60,259 nucleotides of DNA, filler included, from Aduncisulcus paluster (GCA_024181965.1; 5 parts of 5 records of this genome joined end to end with filler, not necessarily neighbours in it), one strand, 5' to 3'. Positions 37,901 to 48,238 are shown, numbered from the whole stretch's first letter. The notes: a model not told the origin generated them from the letters alone. Numbers and translations: made by a program.

Positions 37901-40549
37901 ATTTTCAAACGTAAGGCTGGAAATAAGATTAGAGTTTATTCGATTTCCCTGGTTCTTGATTTATCTCCCAGTACAGTTTGTTCAACAAATCTCTATCATA
38001 CTATTTTTACTTTCATCTTTGCACTGAACCTTCTTTCACGTCTCACCATCCCCCATGTTGATGTGATCATTTGCAGTGACAGACCCTATCTTGTACACAA
38101 AGATGCAAAACCAGAGACCATTCTAAAACCATCCTCAGATCTATGGCTCGCCCTAGGGTATGCAGTGTCTGTTGCAACAATGTATGGTGGCGATTCACTC
38201 GCCAAAGGAATGTTAATGGCACTCACTTTGCAATCATATCGAACATGTCCCAGTGTACTATATTCTCCAGTTTCTCAGAAGTCAATCTGGTGTTTTACCG
38301 ATGGAAATATTGGACCTCTACCCCGTTGTCTCATTCATTCTTGTCAACATCGAGCTTATATTGTTGACATTGATGTGATTGGGATTGGACTTGGAATTCA
38401 AGGATCTATATGTCTTGAATATGCATTCCAAAGATGCTGTTACTCTGTGAATCCCGAAGAACTCGGAGAAGCTATCGATTGCATGTATAATCCGAAAACG
38501 AACAAATACAAAAAACCGCATTTCATGATTAGATGTTCAGAATTTCAAGATATTGGGGATATCAAGAAGATAATTTCATGTAAACCTCGGAATTCATACT
38601 TGGCAGATTCTGTTAAAAGGCATTGTAGATCTGTTAATACTTGGTTTGGAGGAGATAGATTAAATCACAAAGCCTTTTCAAAGGATGCCATTGGCGAGGG
38701 AGGTTCCGGAAATATCGAAGATGCTGATGCTTATCGAGATGGTGCTTTCGAGGGTTTCTCGATTCTTGTCTGTATGTTTTATTCCAATTCCGATCGTTCC
38801 AGTGTTGATGCAAATATCTCTGAAGATGTTTTTAGAAATGGTTTGAAAGGCGGTGCTTCTCCTTTCAAATCAATGCAAAGGAAAGGATTTTCAGTCACTA
38901 TTGTAAAAACCTATTCATCTGCCATCAAAGAGCTTGACAAAGGTTCTCATTGTGTTTGTATGGTGTTATCGAGTGCCGGGTTCCAAGACAGCGTATCTGA
39001 TGGAAAATATGCCCAAGAATTCATTCGTTGTTTGAATTTGTATTGGCAACAGGGTGGATGTTTGTTCTTGTTTGGAGAGAACGATCCTTTCTTCTTTGAA
39101 GTTAACATGTTTCTGGCTCAAGCCAAATTTGAAACAGAAAGAGGAATCAGATCATGTGGATTCAAATTATACGGAAATTGGGAAGGAGCCAAAAGATCCA
39201 AAACATGGATTGAAGACAAAGGAGCATCAAGTTCTATGCTCTCGAGAGGTACATTCTGTGCACAAACATCAATTCGTGTTGGAAGGAGACAAATTCCAGC
39301 AGTTCGAGGGGGATTGCGAAGAATTTTCGAAGGCAATACGATTGCAATGTTCAGTGAACATTCTGAGGAGAAAATGTATCCTTTTGTTCCATTTGCCATN
39401 NNNNNNNNNNNNNNNNNNNTTGGAGAGAACGATCCTTTCTTCTTTGAAGTTAACATGTTTCTGGCTCAAGCCAAATTTGAAACAGAAAGAGGAATCAGAT
39501 CATGTGGATTCAAATTATACGGAAAGTGGGAAGGAGCCAAAAGATCCAAAACATGGATTGAAGACAAAGGAGCATCAAGTTCTATGCTCTCGAGAGGTAC
39601 ATTCTGTGCACAAACATCAATTCGTGTTGGAAGGAGACAAATTCCAGCAGTTCGAGGGGGATTGCGAAGAATTTTCGAAGGCATTACGATTGCAATGTTC
39701 AGTGAACATTCTGAGGAGAAAATGTATCCTTTTGTTCCATTTGCCATGAACACGAGTTCGGATACTTCCAAGCAATCACCCACAATTGCTTATTACATAG
39801 CGAATCCCGAAAGGACAAAACAAGGAAGCATCATTATTGACACAGCTTTCACAAAACTCTTCCAAGATTATGGTGAAGATGGAACTGCAAGGTGGATTAT
39901 TAATGCAGTTGGATTTTTGGCCGATAGATTCATTGAACGAGATTATGATTCATCATGTGAGAGTTCAAGCATTCTGAAACCTCTTGGATTTCGCCACAAT
40001 CTATTTGCCACCTTTTCAAAGTTTACTCCAAAGGCATCAATTGGTCATGCACGTGTGCATTCTATCTTGATGCTTGATCATTCTGGTTCAATGAGAGGAA
40101 GTATGGGTAATTTACAAGATGCAGTGAATTCTTATTGTCATGAAAGAAGGAGAATGGGTGGAGATGAATATCTGACCGTTATTATGTTCCAAAGTTCTGC
40201 AACCTTACTTTACAGACAAATCAGATTATCATCAATCTCTCATGTTCAATTACCCAGGGCTGGAGGAGGTACAAGTTTTGCTCCTGCAATTCAGATGGGA
40301 AGGAGTATGATTTTATCAAACTTTTCCAATGTGTTTATTTTATTCACCGATGGAGATAATGGCGATCACCCAAGTACCCTGTCTGAAGTAAGATGTCTCA
40401 AGGGGCATAATCATGTTCTTCATACGATTGGAATTGGTGGAGAAGGCCATTTGCGAGAATATGCAAGTCAAACTGGTGGAAGATATCAATGTGGAAGTGC
40501 TACGGGACTTATTAGTATATTTACCAGTCTGGCCCAATTTGTTTGTTAA
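22923..40549 (+). CDS. Giant midasin-like AAA+ ATPase with multiple vWA domains, ~5,360 aa after removing assembly duplications and one +1 frameshift; probably 5'-incomplete
   Basis: Four AAA modules (GEAMCGKSS at 23337, GETSYKSK at 24324, ESAPGIGKS/ILFDETN at 25767, GSSGSGKS/FLLDNL..ERLNSLIE at 26796); long helical linker; vWA-type segments DVVLAIDT, YSISLVLDLSPS..FTDG and MLDHSGSM..GGGTSF..FTDG. The ORF-track pieces join in frame once 938, 1, 263 and 348 nt are removed (16,077 nt). Confidence 0.8.
30078..31400 (+). repeat. Identical 380-bp tandem copies plus a 144-bp partial copy around a 20-N gap (likely assembly artefact)
   Basis: CTCAACATTC occurs at 30081, 30461 and 30875. Junctions fall on microhomologies AATTCTCAA and TTCCAGA, and the 380-bp period breaks the frame. 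Confidence 0.85.
37254..37759 (+). repeat. 243-bp duplication flanking a 20-N gap (unmerged overlap)
   Basis: 37254-37496 reappears at 37517-37759. Confidence 0.9.
39072..39747 (+). repeat. 328-bp duplication flanking a 20-N gap (unmerged overlap, two mismatches)
   Basis: 39072-39399 reappears at 39420-39747; the copies differ at AAT/AAG and AAT/ATT. Confidence 0.9.
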
Positions 40550-41083
40550 ACAAAAAATACAGTGTCTCACATCTCGAAGAAGAAATTTAAAATAAATAAA
40601 TAGCGATAAATTAGGATTTTATTGAACCTTTGCCCCATGAATTTGTATATAATCCTTTTATCAAGGAGATAATCCCCTGCACCAATGGATAAATTTATCG
40701 CATAGTTTCCATTTTTTAACTCGGGGGGGTTTATTCAATTGTGATTAGCATATTGTCATGGTCCATGGATGACAGAATATAAATCTTTATTATTTATTTT
40801 ATTTTATAATTATAATCTGATATTATAATTAACATTTATACTTCGTTATAATGTCTTAACTCGATGTTCGGAAGGTCAAGCTTTTTGTGTTTTGAAAACT
40901 AGAGTTTTTGTATCTCTATTTGGCGCGAACATGGAACAAAGAATAAATTTGCTTACAGCCATATGTCGTTATCTCTGAGATAGAAACGGTAGCAATTTAT
41001 TGAAAGTAAACGGAAGGACATCAGGTCTATAAATAGAACACTGAGAAACCTACACTTCCACCCCAGAACTGAGGTTCCTTCTG

Positions 41084-41457
41084 AGTGTGGTGACCATTCT
41101 CAGGGACATTCTAAAAATAGATTGGTTCGCTCGAGATCTGTTTATTAATAAATTGGACCGCATTATAGTTAGTTTGGCCACATTTTGATCAAAATCCTAT
41201 CAAACTAAAGTTTATTGTATAATTGACGCCAAAATTTTTCTGTTAAAATGGTACAAACAAGAAGCCAATTGAAAAACGCCAACACAGGTGAAAATGATGA
41301 AGAATTTGAAATTGTTGGTGATTTACCAACTGAACGCCATGATAGTGATGCCAGTGTGGTGACCATTCTCAGGGACATTCTAAAAATAGATTGGTTCGCT
41401 CGAGATCTGTTTATTAATAAATTGGACCGCATTATAGTTAGTTTGGCCACATTTTGA
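41084..41457 (+). repeat. 105-bp direct repeat (41084-41188 and 41353-41457) flanking a short ORF start MVQTRSQ; possible retroelement fragment
   Basis: Exact repeat AGTGTGGTGACC...CACATTTTGA at the contig end; TATAAATA near 41028; MxxTRSQ is a common Gag N-terminus. Confidence 0.5.
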
Positions 41458-41557
41458 NNNNNNNNNNNNNNNNNNNNNNNNNNNNNNNNNNNNNNNNNNN
41501 NTTAATTAATTAANNNNNNNNNNNNNNNNNNNNNNNNNNNNNNNNNNNNNNNNNNNN
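41458..41557. other. Artificial contig spacer
   Basis: N44-TTAATTAATTAA-N44. Confidence 0.97.
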
Positions 41558-42954
41558 ACCCAAGGAAGCAGAGAGGAGATTGAGCATGACTCACAGACAC
41601 AAGAAAGGTCAGGGGAGAGGGTGAGGGCAGCGAGAGGAGTGAAGGGAAGGGAACGAAGAACCTGACTCATCTCATTGATACTCAGACCACACCGTCCAGG
41701 AGAAGCGATCACGACAAAACCAGGGTAGAACATAATGGATCCAAGAAGACCTTGAGCAGTACGTGGGGAGAAAGAGAATTGTTTCAGAGGGAATGTGACA
41801 ATGGGTGTCTCAGAAATATGGGTGAGATCAAGGTCACTGCAGGCCACAACGACCTGAGGAGCAGTAAGATCAATCTTGGCTTTGGTCATCACAGATGAAA
41901 GCTCTGACTTGAAATCAGGGAATCTCTGCATAATTTCATACCGAGAATCAGGTTTCACGGTGGAGTAAAACTTCTTGATTTCATCAGACTCAGCAATTGG
42001 CTTCATAACATCATCAACGGCAACACTAAATTCCTTGGCCTTTTCAGGATTAGCAAGGGATGGAGAATGCTCTCCAAGAAGAGTGATCATGAGGTGATTC
42101 ATCTTCTTGCCAGCCATCGTAGCAACCTCTTTCACTTCAGCATGGTTCAAGGCAGTCTTGGAAATACCAGCGGCAAGATTGGTGATTAATGAGAGCCCAA
42201 AAACCTCCAAACCGGCATCAGATGCAGCTTGAGCCTCAGGAACACTGGACATTCCAAAGGCACCAACACCCATTTCTTTGAGAGCAGTAATTTCGGCAGG
42301 AGTCTCATAAGAGGGGCCACTCATCCAAGCATATACACCTTCATGGCAGGTAAAATCAATTTCAGCACAAATCTTCCGGCATTTAGCAGCCATTTCCTCA
42401 GAATAGAGATTTTTTTCTTCAAATGATTTGAATCCAAATTGGTGGGTAGAACACTCAAGAGGTGACCATCTAGCCATATTAACGTGATCGGTTATGATCA
42501 TAACATGTCCTGGAGGTCCACGGGCACCTCCAGCGGCATTTGTAAGAACATATGTTTTACATCCACATAGGGCAGCAAGACGAGGCAATAAAGTGACAGT
42601 GGTTCCAGTGTAACCTTCATATGAATGGAAACGACCAGAAAAACAGAGAACTTTGTTATCACCAAGCTTTCCACAGATGAGTTTACCAGTATGACCAGAA
42701 ACAGTGGGAAGGGGCATATGAGGTATATCTTTGTATGGAATGGCAATAGAACCACCACGATCTATTATCTCTTTTTCACTGAGACCCTTGAATTCATCAC
42801 CAGAAGCAGGCTTAAAGGCAGCAGGAACAAAACCAGCTAATCCTGACCCAAGGACAAGGGCAATATCAAAAGAACCAACTCTTTCAAGGATATAATTTGA
42901 AGCAGATTTTAAATTCTTTAGAAAATTCATTTTTCTATAATGTGTTGTAACCAT
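41558..42954 (-). CDS. PNP: Purine nucleoside phosphorylase (trimeric, inosine/guanosine type) with long C-terminal extension; 3'-truncated
   Basis: LVLGSGL, GRFHSYEG, LTNAAGG, GPSYETPAE, GMSSVPE, SLITNLAAG (Asn typical of 6-oxopurine specificity), NHAEV. Start is at 42954 or 42930. Confidence 0.92.
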
Positions 42955-43323
42955 AAAGGAATTTTATTTTTTTTCATGTCTATCTGGGATGCATGGCTAA
43001 TCACCTTATTGTTCTTCAAATTTCAAACGTGCTGAAGATAAACGAAGTTCAATGTTCAAGAAAAACCACTATTATATCTTTTAAACTTGTTGAAATTCAG
43101 CGAACACAATCTTTCGAACATCTATGGATTGATGCAAAAAAGAAATTATAAATCTCTATCGGATTTTTATTTATTTAAGAAAATTCTTTTTGAAATAATG
43201 ATATGACTAAAAATGAAACCTCATATATACTGTTTTGCCAACAATACACGAATTTAACAAGTATTCACACCTGTGAACGAATGCTTCCTTCTGCTTTTTA
43301 AATATAAATAATATCAATTATAT

Positions 43324-44844
43324 ATGCAAAACGGTTTTTTAGCGAGAGCTCTATCCGAAAGTGGGATTGGAGATGAAGATCACGTTGACGCTTCAGGTGG
43401 TAGTATTGGTATTTTTGGAATGCCTGATACTGATGAGAGATACGTAGAAGCAGAGGATGGTGGGATTCCTTTCGATCCTATGGGATATCAATACGGTCAA
43501 TATCCACAATATCAATATCCACAATATCAATATCCAAATAGAGAATACCCTCAACAAATTTATACACAAACATATCCACAGCAGCAATATCCATATTATT
43601 ATTCTATTCCAGATGAACCACCCGATTTTCCTGAAGAACATGATTATCGAGATGATTCAACATATTATCAAAATAAGAGACGATTTTCTGGGCGTGAATC
43701 CCACACTTCCTCTCCGATTGACATTGTTAGACAGCTTCCAAGATATTCTGGACCTGTTCAAGAGTATGGAGGTTCAACAGATGATGATTCCGATGTTTCT
43801 ATTGTCAGAATTTCTCCTTATTCAAGGCATTCAGTGGTCCAAAGTCAACCCAGAGTATCAAAATATCCCCAAACATCAAGACCTAATATTGAAGATGTTT
43901 CGCATGCCACTGCTGCCATACAAAGAATGTCAAAGGCTGATAAAGAAGAACGGCAAGAAATGACAGAGTTAGGAAGGGCATTGGCTGGAATGAAACGCAG
44001 GTCTACTGGTCAAATATCGGAGGAGCTTTCTGCTGAATCTGAAATGTTGCCAAGTGAAAAAATAGGTCAAGGATCGTCCACCGGCGATTCTATTCCTGTC
44101 TTTTCGAATCCAAAACCCTCAGTAGCCTCCTTTCCTTCTTCTTCACGAGTTATGGCTGTGCAACCTTCTCAGCCCCTTCCCTCCGTTTCTTCCCTCCCAT
44201 TCTTTGGTAGTATGACTCCTATATCGATGACTCCTGGTGTTTCTCATATATCTCCCCTCTCCACTCGTTTTATTGCCTCGATGCCATCTCTTGCTATTCC
44301 CCACGTCCCTGTCGTTTCTCCCCAGTCAGCTGTACATATTTCCACGATGGAAGATCTTGACGTTATGCTTTCTTTCCTTCTCCAGGCCGTTGACACAATC
44401 GTTCGCAAAAAAAGAGATGGGAAAATATCAACCGCAAGTGCTCATCGCTTTAATATAGTCAGTCTTGCATATCTAAAGGAACTCGGAGGATCCCTTGAAA
44501 GTTCAGAAGCTCAGAGTCATGGATCAGCAGTACAGGGTGGCTTAACTCCTTCGGGAAGGCCTGGGGTGCCTGTTCCACCACCTTCCCAAGCTAAACCGAC
44601 CATTTCGACTTCATACCAAAGTCTAAGGCGTTTTGTATCGTTAATGGAGAAATCAACCGTCGATACAACAAAGAAAGCGGTCAGATCAACATTTTCTCAA
44701 TACCAAGTTGATGTGATGGATTGTTTTGTCAACAGTGGTGTTTTTCGAGTACTTCCTGAGACATGTGATGTTGTATCTCGGTGTTGTAGGGTTTCAAGCA
44801 AACAATTTCGCAGGTTTTTGAACAATAAGAGAGCAAGAAAGTAA
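43324..44844 (+). CDS. Putative transcription factor with divergent C-terminal homeodomain
   Basis: Q/Y/P-rich (QYPQY repeats) and S/P-rich regions; C-terminus RSTFSQYQVDVM...SRCCRVSSKQFRRFLNNKRARK follows the homeodomain pattern. Confidence 0.6.
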   Translation: MQNGFLARALSESGIGDEDHVDASGGSIGIFGMPDTDERYVEAEDGGIPFDPMGYQYGQYPQYQYPQYQYPNREYPQQIYTQTYPQQQYPYYYSIPDEPPDFPEEHDYRDDSTYYQNKRRFSGRESHTSSPIDIVRQLPRYSGPVQEYGGSTDDDSDVSIVRISPYSRHSVVQSQPRVSKYPQTSRPNIEDVSHATAAIQRMSKADKEERQEMTELGRALAGMKRRSTGQISEELSAESEMLPSEKIGQGSSTGDSIPVFSNPKPSVASFPSSSRVMAVQPSQPLPSVSSLPFFGSMTPISMTPGVSHISPLSTRFIASMPSLAIPHVPVVSPQSAVHISTMEDLDVMLSFLLQAVDTIVRKKRDGKISTASAHRFNIVSLAYLKELGGSLESSEAQSHGSAVQGGLTPSGRPGVPVPPPSQAKPTISTSYQSLRRFVSLMEKSTVDTTKKAVRSTFSQYQVDVMDCFVNSGVFRVLPETCDVVSRCCRVSSKQFRRFLNNKRARK

Positions 44845-45109
44845 TTTGAGTAATGATATGTGTGGAGATCGTCTCTTATAATATTTTTAAATTAAAGGTT
44901 TTAATATAAATAAATAATATGAATAATAATGATATTTTATTCACAATTCATGATGACTCATCATGAAGTTCGCGAAACTCTGGTAGGAACTTCTGGGTTT
45001 TCCTGAAGCACGTTTCTATTTAAATTTTTTTTAATTCGTAATCTTTGTAATATTATTTGAATGTAACTAAATGGCTGAATTTTTTCGATTTTGAATTAAT
45101 TTTGGAGAG

Positions 45110-45290
45110 GTGACATAAGATCTTTGAATTCAATTCAGTTGCTGTATTACTTGCGGCAAGTTGCTGATGCTTGTAAAAATGACGGAGATGCTTTACCAAA
45201 GGCTTACGAGTGACTCGTAACGAGTCACTATTGATACTACCAATCTTCAGACGTTTTTGATTTGCTCTGACATAGCTAATATCTTATGTT
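45110..45290. ncRNA. Candidate structured non-coding RNA
   Basis: Island with more GC than its AT-rich flanks, between convergent genes, with no sizeable ORF. Terminal complementarity ACATAAGAT/ATCTTATGT and internal inverted repeats ACTTGC-G-GCAAGT and AGTGACTCG-TAA-CGAGTCACT. Confidence 0.25.
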
Positions 45291-45345
45291 TTATTGATGG
45301 TTAATTTATTTGTATGACTTGTTGATAGATGTTTGAGTCAAAAAT

Positions 45346-47592
45346 TTAATTTTTGATTGATTTTCTCACAATTCGAGCACAATTTTCAATCAGATCTTTG
45401 GTGATTCCATCAACATCCAAAATCCATGAAGGAGGATCCGTGATAAACATGTATTGCTCATCTCCATGATTATTACATATTGAATATGAATACGCATGAA
45501 GACATATCTTTTGATGAATAAACCAGTCCCGCCTTTCTTTTGGGACATGTAAAAGACCTTTGTTATCGGGGATTAAAGAGGGGATCGGAATTAAAGAGGG
45601 CGGGATGACATAATGTGGATCATCATAACCAGACATATCTTTCTCAGAATATCTAAAAATAGATTTGACATAATCCCGACGGCATTCCCTTTCTTTCATC
45701 ATTAAATGGCATGTTGGACATCCATCCATAATAATCTCTTGGCCCCAAACATCACAATCGAGAGGAACACAACGAACATTTGAAGACAGATCATCTGAAG
45801 CCAAAGGAGACAGAGTTTCTATCATTGTTTCTAAAGCTCTTTCTTGAGAAACAGGATATTTTAAGGATGTAGGATATTGATTGACGCTTGTAACTGTATA
45901 GATTGGATCGCTTACAATTGGACAGCCGAGATGTCTAAAATGTGAACGCAGTTGGTGAGTCCTCCCAGTGATTGGCATACAAACACACTGTGAAGATGAT
46001 ATAAACACTCGATGTTGCGTAATCAATTTCCCAGAAGCACAACATTGAATAACTCTTTTCTCTTGTCTCACACAAACGGCTAAACATTTGAATATTGTAA
46101 CACTTACCTTTTCTTCATCTTTTAATAATTGTCCACGGGAATCTTTTCCTCTTTTTTCTTGATATTTTTCCCCAGACGTATCAACACGACACACATCTCG
46201 ACCACTTGATGACGGCAAGGAAGAAAGATCGAAAGCTTTCAAGCCAGAAGAAGTGCAAGGAAGCATGGAGATGAAAGGATAAGATTTGGGAATTGAAAGA
46301 TTGATATTTGTATCTATAGATTTCTTCTCAACATCTAAAATTGGAACAGAAAGTGTTTTTTGACCCTGGACCAATGTTTTTTTCCATCCTTGAAGATGAG
46401 GACGAGATCCAACACAAATAACCTCACATTTTCTGTCTGTATGAATAATAGACAAAGGGGTAGAAATTAGAATAGAGGGCAAGTAAGATGGAAGATTAAT
46501 CCATTCTTCACCAACATATGTCCATTTTTCTATCTCTTTCTCCTTTTCTTCTTCCTCACCCAAATATACCATGGGATCATAAATAGCTGTATTAACTTCT
46601 TTAAGCCAGTTAATACTCTTGGATCCCCAGAGGCTAATAATAGAATGTTGAGAAAGTCCACAGATAGCCATCGGATTCCCCCAGACCTTGCACACATATA
46701 CCTTGCGACATCGATGGCGCTTTAAGAGCTGATGAAAGCTGTCTGCGGCATGCGCTGTTCGTCCAAACACCACACAGCCGGACGTTAGTTTGTCAAGACG
46801 ATGGCAAATATATAATTTTTCGCCAAGTTCATTTTCACACCAAGAGTGGAGTGAATTGAAATTGTACCGGCCACATGAGTGTGTTGGCATGGCAGAGGGC
46901 TTATTTGCAGCAAAAAACATTGACTTTTCTGGAACATAAGAATCAAAATTGATGGGATCCGGCAGAGATGGGAGAGCTTCAGCTTCAGAACGTGTTCTTG
47001 CAAGCTTAGCTTCCATTTTTATCAATCTTCTTTCGTCTTCTACAGTTTTAGCTTTAATTTGTTTTAATGTTTCAACTCTATTCAAACTCTTTTTGATGGC
47101 CTTATTCATATGTTGGATAAGTCTTTTTAATTCAACATTCTTCTTTTTTTCTTTTTTTATCCTCTCATCTTCAGATTTAGAATCGTATTTTTTCTCATAA
47201 AATATTATTGATGGCAATTTCGTGGCTGGTGGTTCGTGTTTGTGGATAAGATGGGATACCAGGACATTATCTGTCGTAAATACATAATCAGTTGGGACTT
47301 TATGGCCACTAACACGAATTCTCCCGAATAAAATGGCATTTTTATAGTATTCTTTGGAATACATTGAAAACTCTTCAAGAAACACGTCAAGAATCGTTTT
47401 TCCGATCCATCTTCGTTTCGTAAAAACAGTAAAACGATGATGATATGGTTTGAAACAAGTAAATTCATCATATTTCTTATAGATTGGGAAAGTTTTATCT
47501 TCTAGAATTGGAGATACACCACATAATGGCTTTTTCTTGAGTTGATGATCTAACTCCTCTTTGCTATATCTTTTCTTTTCAATTGATTCCAT
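45346..47592 (-). CDS. RluA-family pseudouridine synthase (RPUSD2/Pus8-Pus9-like)
   Basis: KRRWIGKTILDVF..EF, HKHEPP, NKPSAMPTHSCGRY, catalytic HRLDKLTSG, PITGRTHQLRSH..GCPIVSDPIY, ICLHAYSY. Confidence 0.92.
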   Translation of the reverse strand: MESIEKKRYSKEELDHQLKKKPLCGVSPILEDKTFPIYKKYDEFTCFKPYHHRFTVFTKRRWIGKTILDVFLEEFSMYSKEYYKNAILFGRIRVSGHKVPTDYVFTTDNVLVSHLIHKHEPPATKLPSIIFYEKKYDSKSEDERIKKEKKKNVELKRLIQHMNKAIKKSLNRVETLKQIKAKTVEDERRLIKMEAKLARTRSEAEALPSLPDPINFDSYVPEKSMFFAANKPSAMPTHSCGRYNFNSLHSWCENELGEKLYICHRLDKLTSGCVVFGRTAHAADSFHQLLKRHRCRKVYVCKVWGNPMAICGLSQHSIISLWGSKSINWLKEVNTAIYDPMVYLGEEEEKEKEIEKWTYVGEEWINLPSYLPSILISTPLSIIHTDRKCEVICVGSRPHLQGWKKTLVQGQKTLSVPILDVEKKSIDTNINLSIPKSYPFISMLPCTSSGLKAFDLSSLPSSSGRDVCRVDTSGEKYQEKRGKDSRGQLLKDEEKVSVTIFKCLAVCVRQEKRVIQCCASGKLITQHRVFISSSQCVCMPITGRTHQLRSHFRHLGCPIVSDPIYTVTSVNQYPTSLKYPVSQERALETMIETLSPLASDDLSSNVRCVPLDCDVWGQEIIMDGCPTCHLMMKERECRRDYVKSIFRYSEKDMSGYDDPHYVIPPSLIPIPSLIPDNKGLLHVPKERRDWFIHQKICLHAYSYSICNNHGDEQYMFITDPPSWILDVDGITKDLIENCARIVRKSIKN

Positions 47593-47761
47593 AGAAAAAA
47601 AATTAATTTAAAAATAAAATCTATTTCACTTCAATGCCTCGAAAAAATAAATAAATAAAAATGTGCGAGCGTAAAATCCCACAATAAAGACCATTTATTG
47701 GAAAATAGTAATATTAATAATAATAAATTTTGAAAATATGCTTGAAAATATGATCAATTCA

Positions 47762-48238
47762 TTACAGAGGCCACCTTTTAATTGTGAAGAATATGCACAA
47801 GAAATCAAGAATCAAATACACTCCTGAACTGACATAAAAAAATATAGTCCCTTGATCATTTGAAAGGGGAAAGAATGTTAAAAATGCAATAATTACACCA
47901 AATGAAACAAAACTTCCAATAAGGAAAGATACACTTGAAGCTGTCTACGTTACCAATTATACAATATTATAAAATTAAATCAAATGGTAAATAAATTTTA
48001 CGCAATTTTAAAGAAAACAATTTAAACCAAAACATACATCATGGAACTTGTTGGCTAAAACACCATATCTAATCCTAATCAAATCAACAAATAATGCAAT
48101 AGGACAAAATAACATCAGAACATTTGTATCTCCGCTCTTAATGGAATTTATCACAACGATTAATAGAGATATGAATTCAAAGAAATATACATTTATCGAA
48201 AGTGTTAATAATAACTGCAATATTGGATCTTGAATCAT
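47762..48238 (-). CDS. Two-exon 127-aa tetraspan protein, TMEM216/TMEM17 (Transmemb_17)-like; intron 47945-48037
   Basis: A GTATGT...GTAG phase-0 intron joins MIQDPILQLLL...DLIRIRYGVLANKFHD to TASSVSFLIGSF...FFTIKRWPL*. There are four hydrophobic segments, and LQxLL and xIRxxxGxxxN resemble the family motifs. Confidence 0.6.
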
